Origin: Dehalococcoidia bacterium | Lineage (GTDB): Bacteria > Chloroflexota > Dehalococcoidia > UBA2979 | Direction: 5' to 3' | NCBI GenBank assembly: GCA_964291495.2 | Contig: OZ219871.1 | Location: 1,376,001 to 1,440,000, forward strand | Length of the DNA: 64,000 nucleotides | Shown: positions 53,933-62,523 of the stretch, in pieces | How the letters are laid out: every line of letters starts with the position of its first letter | Numbering within the stretch: position 1 is the first letter of the stretch | Program-made: the position numbers and the translations under genes | The notes under the pieces: model-generated | What the model was told of the DNA's origin: nothing | The model's database searches: none | Seen by the model: the letters and a program-made list of their open reading frames with translations, nothing else

Positions 53933-54930
53933 CCCGCGTTGCGATCGACGGCATGGGTGGCGACCTCGCACCCGCGGCGACGACCGAAGGAGCGATCGCG
54001 GCGGCTCGCGAGGGCATTGAGGTCGCCCTCGTTGGCGACGAGCAGCGCCTGACAGCCGAGATCGAGCGGCTCGGCGGTGCGCCCGCCGGGCTGCGCGTGG
54101 TGCACGCGCCGGACGTGATCGAGATGGGCGACCACGCCGCGCGCGAGGCGATCCGCCGCAAGGAGTCCTCGACCTACGTCGGCGTCGCGCTCGTCCGCGA
54201 CGGCGAGGCGGACGCCTTCGTCTCCGCCGGCAACACCGGCGCCGTCTTCGTCGTTGCCCTGCTGGAGCTTGGGCGGCTGCCGGGCGTCGAGCGGCCGGCG
54301 ATCGGGGCGCCGATTCCCTTCCCGAACGGGCTGACGCTGCTGCTCGACGCGGGGGCGAACGCGGAGTGCCGCGCCTCGCACCTCGTGCAGTTCGCGCACC
54401 TCGGGAACAGCTACATGCGCGCCGCGCGCGGGGTGGCCGAGCCGCGCGTCGGCCTGCTCAACATCGGCGAGGAGGGCAGCAAGGGCTCGCCGCTCACGAT
54501 CGAGACCCATGAGCGGCTGAGCGAGTCCGGCCTGCGCTTCATCGGCAACATCGAGGGCCGCGAGATGGTCGAGAACCGCGCCGACGTGGTCGTGACGGAC
54601 GGCTTCACGGGCAACGTCGTGCTCAAGCTCGGCGAGGGCCTGATGGAGCTGCTGATGGGCGAGTTGCGGAGTGCCGCGGAGCGTTCCTGGCGGGGCCGCC
54701 TCGGCGGGCTGCTGATTCGCCCGGCGGCGCGCAGGGTGCGCGACTCGCTGGACTACCGCGCGCACGGCGCCGCGCCGTTGCTCGGCCTCGACGGCTCCGT
54801 CTTCATCGCGCACGGCACGAGCGACGCCTTCGCGATCGCGAACGCGCTGCGCAGCGCGGCCGCGGACGTCGAGCGCGGCGCGCTCTCCGCGCTGCGCGAA
54901 GCGATGGAGGCGCAGTCCGGCGGGGAGTGA
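53929..54930 (+). CDS. plsX: Phosphate acyltransferase PlsX
   Basis: A.D.MGGD.AP, VSAGNTGA, LD.GAN, LLNIGEE..KG, GNIEG, DGFTGNV.LK. Confidence 0.96.
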   Translation: MTRVAIDGMGGDLAPAATTEGAIAAAREGIEVALVGDEQRLTAEIERLGGAPAGLRVVHAPDVIEMGDHAAREAIRRKESSTYVGVALVRDGEADAFVSAGNTGAVFVVALLELGRLPGVERPAIGAPIPFPNGLTLLLDAGANAECRASHLVQFAHLGNSYMRAARGVAEPRVGLLNIGEEGSKGSPLTIETHERLSESGLRFIGNIEGREMVENRADVVVTDGFTGNVVLKLGEGLMELLMGELRSAAERSWRGRLGGLLIRPAARRVRDSLDYRAHGAAPLLGLDGSVFIAHGTSDAFAIANALRSAAADVERGALSALREAMEAQSGGE

Positions 54931-55078
54931 GGAGCGCGGTCGGCCGCAGGCCTCGGCGCTCCGCTATGATGCCGCCCGACGGCGGTCGGCGAACGCGCGG
55001 GCAGGCAAGCGCCGGCGCTGCGTGAGATACTGGATCCAGGCCCGGCGGGTGCGGGCGATCGAAGGGGGAATGCACGTC

Positions 55079-55405
55079 ATGGCGATGCCTACCGACACGA
55101 CGGACGCGACGTTCAACTCGGACGTGATCGAGAACGACGACCCGGTGCTGGTCGACTTCTGGGCGCCCTGGTGCGGCCCCTGCCGCATGGTCGCCCCGAT
55201 CGTCGAGGAACTCGCCGAGGAGTACGACGGTCGCGTCAAGTTCGTGAAGCTCAACACCGACGAGAACCCGATGACCGCCGGCCAGTACGGGATCCGCTCG
55301 ATCCCCACGCTGCTCGTCTTCAAGGGCGGCGAGCCGGTCGGCCAGATCATCGGCTTCCGCCCCAAGGGCGACCTCGCGAAGCAGCTCGACGCCGCCCTCG
55401 CGTAG
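55079..55405 (+). CDS. trxA: Thioredoxin
   Basis: VDFWAPWCGPC, YGIRSIPTL; start 55070, 55079 or 55085. Confidence 0.97.
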   Translation: MAMPTDTTDATFNSDVIENDDPVLVDFWAPWCGPCRMVAPIVEELAEEYDGRVKFVKLNTDENPMTAGQYGIRSIPTLLVFKGGEPVGQIIGFRPKGDLAKQLDAALA

Positions 55406-55425
55406 CCCTCGCGGCAGACACTGAA

Positions 55426-55458
55426 ACGGGCGCCCCGCCGGCCGGCGAGGGCGCCCGT
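55426..55458. terminator. GC-rich hairpin between convergent trxA and the YdeI-like gene; probable terminator
   Basis: ACGGGCGCCC...GGGCGCCCGT inverted repeat, extendable by GACAC/GTGTC. Confidence 0.65.
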
Positions 55459-55495
55459 CGTGTGTCGGCCGCGCGCGGCAGGCGCGGAGCCGCGC

Positions 55496-56059
55496 TCAGA
55501 AGTACTTCTCGGCGCCGCCGTAGCCCAGCTGCCGCCCTTGCTCCGTAGCCCTGATGAAGCTCCGCACGCGGCTCTCGAACACCTCCGGGCGCGCCCTGCC
55601 GACATCGATGTACGCCACGCGGATGCGGCGATACGCATCCGAGAAGCCCTGGTAGTGCGCCCACGCCCGATCGTTCGCCCGGATCGCGTCGAGGATGTCG
55701 TCGGGGAACACGAACTCCTCGCGCAGCACCTCCTCGACTGAGGCGCGAACCGAGGGGTGCAGGAGCCCTTCGCCGGCAAGCCAGCGCAGCCGCTCCTTGT
55801 TCAGCTGCGAGTAGCGGCTGCCCCGCTTCCTCGGCGAGAACCGCTGCGCGGCCCGCAACTCGTCCGGCTTCTTGATGATGCTGTCGATCCAGCCGAAGCA
55901 GAGCGCCTCCTCCACAGCGTCGTTGTAGAGGATGCGCGGCTCGCCCGACGCCTTGTTCGGATACACGAGCCAGATCTCGCTCGCGCTGTCGAAGTTGGCC
56001 TCGAGCCACTCGCGCCACGCCCGGCGCTCGGTGACGTAGAGGGTCTCGCCGATCTCCAC
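55496..56059 (-). CDS. YdeI/OmpD-associated family protein
   Basis: WR.WL..N, Y.DAVEEALCFGWIDS, FSPR...S..S..NK.R, P.D...A. Confidence 0.9.
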   Translation of the reverse strand: MEIGETLYVTERRAWREWLEANFDSASEIWLVYPNKASGEPRILYNDAVEEALCFGWIDSIIKKPDELRAAQRFSPRKRGSRYSQLNKERLRWLAGEGLLHPSVRASVEEVLREEFVFPDDILDAIRANDRAWAHYQGFSDAYRRIRVAYIDVGRARPEVFESRVRSFIRATEQGRQLGYGGAEKYF

Positions 56060-56093
56060 CGCGCTTGCCTCGGCGGCCGCGCGCCGACTCCCG

Positions 56094-56537
56094 CTACTTC
56101 TTCTCGATCTTGCGGCCCTGTTTCTCCTCGAGGCGCGCGAGGGCGCGGCCCTTGTCCGGGTGCGGGTCCTTCACGAGGCCGTAGATCTCGCGGCCTTCGT
56201 GGTCTTCTGGCAGGTGTTCGGTGATAGGAAGACCTTCCTCATCGCAGAACAGCAGTCAGTGGCAGTATTTGTACTTCTGCATCTCCTCGCAGGCGCAGAT
56301 CCAGGTGCTCCGCTTTACCTCTTCCTCTTTGTCCTCGTAGAAGTTGCAGGGGCAGAGCGGCCGCCCGAGGTCGTCCACGTGCTTGGCGAGGCCGATCACG
56401 AGGAACTCGGTGATCTCGCGCTGCGGGTGGAGGTATGAGCCGCTTTTCTCGGCGAATTTCTCGACGAACTTCCACATCTTCTGGAGCGATTCGTCGGAGG
56501 CCTGCATGCGGTCCGCATCGGTCGGTTGGTCGACCAT
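56094..56537 (-). CDS. Ferredoxin:thioredoxin reductase catalytic subunit, probable selenoprotein (UGA at 56256-56258 read as Sec94)
   Basis: CPC(62/64), CAC(81/83), C-H-[TGA](92/94) match FTR CPC/CPC/CHC spacing; frame continues LLFCDEEGLPITEHLPEDHEGREIYGLVKDPHPDKGRAL... to TAG at 56094; SECIS-like hairpin follows the UGA. Confidence 0.85.
56216..56255 (-). promoter_or_regulatory. Bacterial SECIS-like element
   Basis: After UGA: GUUC-UGC-GAU-G-AGGAA-GGUC-UUCCU-AUC-ACC-GAAC; stems GUUC/GAAC, GAU/AUC, AGGAA/UUCCU, bulged G, GU in the apical loop 23-24 nt after UGA. Confidence 0.75.
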
Positions 56538-56631
56538 GGCGTCTCTCCGTCCATGCCGTTCGCGCTCTCGATCGAGCGTACCACGGACGCCACCCGCACC
56601 ACCGGGCGAATCGACGAGGATTGCGCGTTCA

Positions 56632-56660
56632 TTGACAGTTGCGCGGCCCGCCGTGACCAT
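56632..56660 (+). promoter_or_regulatory. Probable leaderless promoter for the dehydrogenase at 56668
   Basis: TTGACA, 17-nt spacer, GACCAT, 7 nt, GTG. Confidence 0.5.
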
Positions 56661-56667
56661 CCGGCGC

Positions 56668-57678
56668 GTGAGCGACACCCCCTTCCTCGCCGTCCAGACA
56701 GAGACGTCCGACCAGGACCGCCACGCGACCGAACGCGCGATCATCGAAGGCGCGGGCGGGCGGCTGCTCGTCGCGCAGGCCGGAAGCGAGGACGAGCGCA
56801 TCGAGTTGCTGCGCGAGGCTCAGGCGGTGCTCGTCGGCGGCGCGCAGATCACCCGGCGGGTGATCGAGGGGTCGCCGGAGCTGCGGCTGATCGTCCGTTA
56901 CGGCGTCGGCCTCGACACGCTCGACATTCCCGCCGCGACCGAGCACGGCGTCGTCGTCGCGCACTATCCGGACTTCTGCCAGCCGGAGGTCGCGAACCAC
57001 GCGATCATGCTGCTGCTTGCCGTCGCCAAGAAGCTGGTCGTGCACGACCGCGCGATCCGCGCCGGCCGCTGGGGCAGCGTCGACCGCAGCCCGGCCCCCT
57101 CGATCCACGGCCAGACGCTTGGCCTGATCTCCTTCGGCGCGATCGCCCGCGAGGTCGCCGTGCGTGCGCAGGCCCTCGGCATGACGGTGACCGCCTACGA
57201 CCCGTACGAGCAGGACGCGACGTTCGAAGCCTGCGGCGTCGAGCGCGCCGGGAGCCTCGAGGAGCTGCTGCGCGGCGCCGATCACGTCTCGGCGCACCCG
57301 CCGTTGACGCCGGAGACGCGCGGGATGATGGGCGCGGAGCAGTTCGCGCAGATGAAGCCGGACGCGATCTTCCTCAACACCTCGCGCGGGCCGGTGCACG
57401 ACGAGGCGGCGCTGGTCGCCGCCCTCGAGGGCGGGGAGATCGCCGGCGCGGGCCTCGATGTCTTCGAGACGGAGCCGCTGGCGGGCGACTCGCCGCTGCT
57501 GGCGATGGACAACGTGGTACTGACGCCGCACTCCGCCTCGTACTCGGACCTCGCGTTCCAGCGAATCAGGGAGCGCGTCGGCAACACGGTGGTCTCGGTG
57601 ATGAACGGTCGCTGGCCCTCGGAGTTCGCGACGCTGCCGAACCGCCACGCGGTCACGCCGCGCGTGCCGCTGCACTAG
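56668..57678 (+). CDS. D-isomer-specific 2-hydroxyacid dehydrogenase (CtBP/SerA-like)
   Basis: RYGVG.D, EVANHA, G..SFG.I, NTSRGP, GLDV.E.EP, TPHSA. Confidence 0.92.
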   Translation: MSDTPFLAVQTETSDQDRHATERAIIEGAGGRLLVAQAGSEDERIELLREAQAVLVGGAQITRRVIEGSPELRLIVRYGVGLDTLDIPAATEHGVVVAHYPDFCQPEVANHAIMLLLAVAKKLVVHDRAIRAGRWGSVDRSPAPSIHGQTLGLISFGAIAREVAVRAQALGMTVTAYDPYEQDATFEACGVERAGSLEELLRGADHVSAHPPLTPETRGMMGAEQFAQMKPDAIFLNTSRGPVHDEAALVAALEGGEIAGAGLDVFETEPLAGDSPLLAMDNVVLTPHSASYSDLAFQRIRERVGNTVVSVMNGRWPSEFATLPNRHAVTPRVPLH

Positions 57679-57813
57679 ACCGGGGCGGGCGCGGAGGCGA
57701 ACGAGCCGGCCGGGGCGTCACGGACAGGGTTCGCAGTCTCTCGCAATGTGGGACCATACGGCCCGTTCAGCGCATAGGCTCGGGGCCGATGCCGCCGGGA
57801 GGAGGATCGAGGG

Positions 57814-58602
57814 ATGCGACCGAACAGGGTGCTGCGCGCATGGCGTGAGGGACGGCAGACCATCGGCGGCTGGCTCAGCACGCCCTCGGGACACTCCGCC
57901 GAGGTGATGGCCAACCTCGGCTTCGACTGGCTCTGCATCGACATGCAGCACGGGGCGATCGACTACGGCGACGTGCTGGAGATGTGCCGCGCGATCTCGA
58001 CCACGGAGACGACGCCGTTCGTGCGCGTCCCCTGGAACGACCCGGCGATGATCATGAAGGTGCTCGACGCGGGCGCCTACGGCGTGATCGTGCCGCTCGT
58101 GAACAACCGCGAGGAGGCCGAACTCGCCGTCTGGTCCTGTCGCTACCCGCCGGACGGCGGGCGCTCCTCCGGCCCTACGCGCGCCGCGATGTACGGCGGC
58201 GCCGGCTACCAGGACGAGGCCAACGACGAGATCGCCGTGATCTGCATGATCGAGACTACCGAGGCGCTCGAGAACCTCGACGACATCCTCTCCACGCCGG
58301 GCGTGGACTGCGCCTACATCGGCCCCTCCGACCTCGCCTACGCGATCGGCATCACGCCGACCGGCGACAACGCCGATCCGAAGCACCAGGAGACGGTGCT
58401 GAGCATCCTCGAGGCGTGCAGGCGGCACGGCGTGGCGGCGGGCATCCACACCGGCAGCCTAGAGTACACGGTGAAGTGGCTGCAGGCGGGCTTCGACACG
58501 GCGATGCTCAACAACGACGTCGGCTTCATCCGCCAGGCGGCGGGCTCGCAGCTCGCAGAGGCGCGCTCGACCACAGGCGTGGCCAACGTCCACGAGGCGT
58601 AG
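57814..58602 (+). CDS. HpcH/HpaI family aldolase
   Basis: GFDW.CIDMQHG, RVP.N, LDAGA.GVIVP, YPP.G.R, MIET, IGPSDL. Confidence 0.92.
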   Translation: MRPNRVLRAWREGRQTIGGWLSTPSGHSAEVMANLGFDWLCIDMQHGAIDYGDVLEMCRAISTTETTPFVRVPWNDPAMIMKVLDAGAYGVIVPLVNNREEAELAVWSCRYPPDGGRSSGPTRAAMYGGAGYQDEANDEIAVICMIETTEALENLDDILSTPGVDCAYIGPSDLAYAIGITPTGDNADPKHQETVLSILEACRRHGVAAGIHTGSLEYTVKWLQAGFDTAMLNNDVGFIRQAAGSQLAEARSTTGVANVHEA

Positions 58603-58605
58603 CCG

Positions 58606-59730
58606 TTGCCGACCGTTCCGCCCGATGATCTGAGGGGCTACCTCGGGCGCATCTTCGAGGCGGTCGGCGCTCCCCCGGACGACGCCGCGGAGGTCGCCGC
58701 GCACCTGGTGGAGGCGAACCTCAAGGGCCACGACTCGCACGGCGTGATCCGCGCTGCGGGGTACGTCCAGTCCGTACAGGAGGGCCGCATCCGTCCGGCC
58801 GCTCCGATCGAGGTCGAGCGCGAGACGGAGACGACGGCCGTCGTCAACGGCAATTGGAACTTCGGGCAGATCGTCGCCCGTGACGCGATGGCGATCGCGG
58901 TCGCCAGGGCGCGGCAGCACGGCCTCGCCGCGGTGGGCGGCTACCAGTCGGCGCACATCGGGCGGGCGGGCGCTTACGGCGAGCAGGCCGCGGCGCAGGG
59001 GATGGTCGCGCTCGGCTGGGTCAACGGCCACGGCGCCAGCGCCCTCGTCGCGCCCTTCGGCGGGACGGAGCGAAGGCTCGCGACCAACCCGCTCTTCGTC
59101 GCCGCGCCGACCGGCGACCCCGACGCGCCGTTCGTGCTCGACATGGCGACGCCGGTGATCGCCGAGGGCAAGGTGCGGGTAGCGCACAACCGCGGCGCCG
59201 AGCTGCCGCCCGGCCGCATCGTCGCTGGCGACGGCCGGCCCTCGATGGACCCGGACGACCTCTACGGCGGGGACCCGCCGGGATCGAGGCCGGGGGGCGC
59301 GTTGCTGCCCCTTGGCGTCGCGCCCGACTACGGCGCGGGCGGCGACGGCGGGGTGGGCCACAAGGGCTACGCGCTCGCGCTTGCCGTCGATCTGCTCGGC
59401 GGCGCGCTCACCGGGGCGGGCGCGAGCAGCCGCCCCGGAAGCAGCGGCAACGGCTTCCTCTTCATCACCGTCGACCCCGAGCGCTTCGTTGGCCTCGGTC
59501 CGTTCGAGGGCGAGCTCGCCGGCCTGCTCGACTACGTGAAGCAGCCTCCGTACGCCGAGGGCTTCGACGAGATCCTGACGCCCGGCGAGCCGGAGCGCCG
59601 CCGCATGGCAGAGCGCCGCGACGGCATCCCCCTCGACGACGCGACCTGGCGCCAGATCGCCGACGCGGCCGCCTCGGTCGGCGTCGGCCCGTACGAGGGC
59701 GCGATCTTCGAGGGCCTAGCCGTCGAGTGA
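58606..59730 (+). CDS. Ldh_2 family oxidoreductase (malate/lactate/ureidoglycolate dehydrogenase-like)
   Basis: A.L.GHDSHG, H.GR.G.Y, TNP, LDMAT, HKGYAL, PGEPE. Confidence 0.9.
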   Translation: MPTVPPDDLRGYLGRIFEAVGAPPDDAAEVAAHLVEANLKGHDSHGVIRAAGYVQSVQEGRIRPAAPIEVERETETTAVVNGNWNFGQIVARDAMAIAVARARQHGLAAVGGYQSAHIGRAGAYGEQAAAQGMVALGWVNGHGASALVAPFGGTERRLATNPLFVAAPTGDPDAPFVLDMATPVIAEGKVRVAHNRGAELPPGRIVAGDGRPSMDPDDLYGGDPPGSRPGGALLPLGVAPDYGAGGDGGVGHKGYALALAVDLLGGALTGAGASSRPGSSGNGFLFITVDPERFVGLGPFEGELAGLLDYVKQPPYAEGFDEILTPGEPERRRMAERRDGIPLDDATWRQIADAAASVGVGPYEGAIFEGLAVE

Positions 59731-60099
59731 GAGCGGGTTCTCGCCGATCAGGTGGTCCGGCACCGGGCGGCCCTGCCCCAACTCCTCGGCGATGACGCGA
59801 TCGAGGGCGTCCGGGACCAGGCCCGCGTACCAACGGCCCTCCGGGTAGACGACCGCCACCGGCCCGCTCTCGCAGATGCGCAGGCAGCCCACTTTCGTGC
59901 GGTAGATCGGCGGCTCGTCGCCGCGCGCGTTCAGCTCGCCGACGGCGCGCTTGAGGCGCGTCCAGGCGGCCAGGCCCTCCTCGGGCGTGCAGCAGTCCGG
60001 GCCGGTGCAGATGAAGACGTGGCGGCCGTAGCCGCCGACGCCGCGACGCTCCGCCTCGGCGCGCGCGCCCGACAGACCCTCGCTCGTCTCGTCCGTCAT
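59716..60099 (-). CDS. Thioredoxin-like [2Fe-2S] ferredoxin
   Basis: HVFICT...CC, GCLRIC..GP..VVYPEG.WY, GRPV. Confidence 0.88.
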   Translation of the reverse strand: MTDETSEGLSGARAEAERRGVGGYGRHVFICTGPDCCTPEEGLAAWTRLKRAVGELNARGDEPPIYRTKVGCLRICESGPVAVVYPEGRWYAGLVPDALDRVIAEELGQGRPVPDHLIGENPLSLDG

Positions 60100-60116
60100 G
60101 CGTCCTCCGCTGGAGG

Positions 60117-61097
60117 CTACCCGAGCACCTCGGGGTTGACGATCGCGGGCGGTGTCTCGCCGCTGACGACGGCGATCAGGTTCCGCACCGCCAGCTCGCG
60201 CATCGCGCGCCGCGTCTCGACGGCGGCGGTCCCGATGTGCGGGAAGGTGATCACGTTGGGCAGCCGCACGATCGGGTCGTCCGGGTCCGGCGGCTCCGCC
60301 TCGAGCACGTCGAGGCCCGCCCCGGCGATCGTGCCCGCCTCGAGGGCAGCGACCAGCGCTGGCTGGTCGATGACCGGGCCGCGCGCGGTGTTCACGATGT
60401 AGGCGCTGGGCTTCATCAGCGCCAGCTCGCGCGCGCCGATCAGGTGGTACGACTCCGCCGTCAGGTTCGTGTGGATCGTCACGAAGTCGGACTCACGCAG
60501 CAGGTCGTCGAGCGGGCGGTAGGGCGCGTCCACCACGTCGTCGATCGCGGCGGTCGAGGCGCCCTCGAAGATGTCGTACCAGATGATGCGCATGCCGATC
60601 GCCTGCATGCGTCGCGCGACCTCGCGGCCGATGCGCCCGAAGCCGATCACGCCGAGCACCTTGCCGCTGATCTCGTGGGCGAGCGGTGGGAGCGGCTCGC
60701 GGCGCGCCCAGGCGCCGCTTCGCGAGAACGCCTCGAACTCCCAGAGCCGCCGCGCGAGCGAGATGATGATCGCCATCGTCAGGTCGGCGACCGCCGCATT
60801 GAGCACGGTCGGCGTGTTGCAGACCGCGACGCCGTGCCTCGTCGCGGCCTCGATGTCGATGTTGTTGTAGCCGACGGCGTGCTGCGAGACGACGCGCAGG
60901 CCGGGCACGGCGGCGAAGAACTGCTCGCCGAGGTTGAAGTGTGTCGGGCTGAGCACGCCGTCCACGCCGCGCACCGCCGCGATCAGCTCATCGAGCGGCA
61001 CCCCTGGATCGACGTGTACGACCTCGCCGACCTCGGCGATCTGCGCGGTGAGGTCGTCTTCGAGGGCGGTCGCGATGCAGATCGTAGGGCGGCTCAC
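60117..61097 (-). CDS. D-glycerate dehydrogenase / glyoxylate reductase family
   Basis: AVGYNNID, NTP.VL...VADL, G.IGFGRIG, NTARGPV.D, GLDV.E.EP, PHIG.A. Confidence 0.9.
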   Translation of the reverse strand: MSRPTICIATALEDDLTAQIAEVGEVVHVDPGVPLDELIAAVRGVDGVLSPTHFNLGEQFFAAVPGLRVVSQHAVGYNNIDIEAATRHGVAVCNTPTVLNAAVADLTMAIIISLARRLWEFEAFSRSGAWARREPLPPLAHEISGKVLGVIGFGRIGREVARRMQAIGMRIIWYDIFEGASTAAIDDVVDAPYRPLDDLLRESDFVTIHTNLTAESYHLIGARELALMKPSAYIVNTARGPVIDQPALVAALEAGTIAGAGLDVLEAEPPDPDDPIVRLPNVITFPHIGTAAVETRRAMRELAVRNLIAVVSGETPPAIVNPEVLG

Positions 61098-61101
61098 GGC
61101 G

Positions 61102-61329
61102 CTAGAACCCCTCGTCGAGCGGGCCGCCGGGGTCGAGCACGGCGCCGTCGAGGGCGATCAGGCTGGGGCGCTCGTTGCAGTAGATCTCGCTCTCGCACTT
61201 GTCGAAGCTGAACGCGGCGCGCTCCTTGTCGTAGCGGATCACCCACGTGCCGAGGACGTGACCGTCACGGCCCAGCTCGCTCTGCCCTCGGAGCACCTCG
61301 ATCAGCGCTTCGAGCTCCTTCGCCCCCAT
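61102..61329 (-). CDS. Small hypothetical protein (75 aa)
   Basis: GGAGGTG Shine-Dalgarno before ATG; native codon usage; stop 4 nt before the next gene's start. Confidence 0.7.
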   Translation of the reverse strand: MGAKELEALIEVLRGQSELGRDGHVLGTWVIRYDKERAAFSFDKCESEIYCNERPSLIALDGAVLDPGGPLDEGF

Positions 61330-61403
61330 CTCGCACCTCCGCCGCCACGCTGCCCGCTTCCGCTCGGCGGGCACGCGCCTACAATATGCCGGGCGGGGAG
61401 CGC

Positions 61404-62477
61404 ATGGGCGACAAGGCCAGCACCGGCAACTACTTCGAGGACCTCGAGACCGGCCTCGAGATCCGCCACGCCGTGCCGCGGACCCTCACCGAGGGCGACG
61501 CCGCGCTCTACATCGCCCTCACGGGCGACCGCTACCCGCTGCACTGCAACGCCGAGTTCGCGCGCGCGCTTGGCTACCCGCGCGAGACGGTCAACGACCT
61601 GCTGGTCTTCCACACGGTGTTCGGCAAGTCCGTGCCCGACGTCTCGCTCAACGCCGTCGCCAACCTCGGCTACGCCGACGTGCGCTTCGGCGTGCCGGTG
61701 CTGCCGGGCGACACGATCAGCTCGGTGACGACCGTGCTCGGCCGCCGCGAGTCGCGCGGCGGCGACACCGGCGTGGTCTGGGTGCGCACCACCGGCTCGA
61801 ACCAGCGCGGCGAAGAGGTGCTGACGCTGATCCGCTGGGTGCTGATGAACAAGCGCGACCCCTCGACGCCGACCGGCGCGAACGACGCGCCCGAGACGCC
61901 CGAAGCCGTCGCCCCCGAGGCGCTGCGCGTGCCGGAGCAGCTCGACCGCGCCGGGTTCTCGCCCGAGGTCAGCGGCGGGCGCGCCTGGTGGGAGGACTAC
62001 GAGCCGGGCGAGCGCATCCACCACGTTGACGGCATGGCGATCGAGGAGGCCGAGCACCAGATCGCGACGCGCATGTACCACAACACCGCGCGCGCGCACT
62101 TCAACGCCTACGCGCTCGCGGACTCGCGCTTCGGCCGCCGCGTGATCTACGGCGGGCACATCATCTCGATCGCGCGGGCGCTCTCCTTCAACGGGCTGGA
62201 GCATGCCCTCGGCATCCTCGCCTTCAACGGCGGCACGCACAGCAACCCGACCTTCGCGGGCGATACGGTCTTCGCCTGGACGGACGTGCTCGAGCGCATC
62301 GACCTCGGCCGCGACGACTGCGGCGCGCTGCGCCTGCGCCTCGTCGGCGTCAAGAACGCCGACCCCGCGAGCGAGGATGTCGAACTGAAGCAGACTTCCG
62401 GGGACGGGCGCGAGCGCTATCACCCGAACGTGGTGCTCGACCTCGACTACACCGTGCTGATGCCGAGGGCGCGGTAA
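61404..62477 (+). CDS. mch: Mesaconyl-C1-CoA hydratase-like double-hotdog (MaoC) dehydratase
   Basis: GNYFED, HA.PRT.TEGD.ALY, VFGK.VPDVSLNAVANLGYA, HVDG..IEEAEH, YGGH.IS.AR.LSFNGL, LDLDY. Confidence 0.85.
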   Translation: MGDKASTGNYFEDLETGLEIRHAVPRTLTEGDAALYIALTGDRYPLHCNAEFARALGYPRETVNDLLVFHTVFGKSVPDVSLNAVANLGYADVRFGVPVLPGDTISSVTTVLGRRESRGGDTGVVWVRTTGSNQRGEEVLTLIRWVLMNKRDPSTPTGANDAPETPEAVAPEALRVPEQLDRAGFSPEVSGGRAWWEDYEPGERIHHVDGMAIEEAEHQIATRMYHNTARAHFNAYALADSRFGRRVIYGGHIISIARALSFNGLEHALGILAFNGGTHSNPTFAGDTVFAWTDVLERIDLGRDDCGALRLRLVGVKNADPASEDVELKQTSGDGRERYHPNVVLDLDYTVLMPRAR

Positions 62478-62523
62478 GCGGACGAGAGAAGGCGCCGAGG
62501 CGCGCAGCGAACGGAGCAGGCAC

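Noticed and set aside
56256-56801. FTR as a truncated pseudogene, or as the 181-aa ORF in the track
   Set aside because: The real start is the ATG at 56537 with a Shine-Dalgarno. The stop is TGA exactly at a catalytic Cys position, with an intact downstream frame and a SECIS-like hairpin, which fits recoding better than decay.
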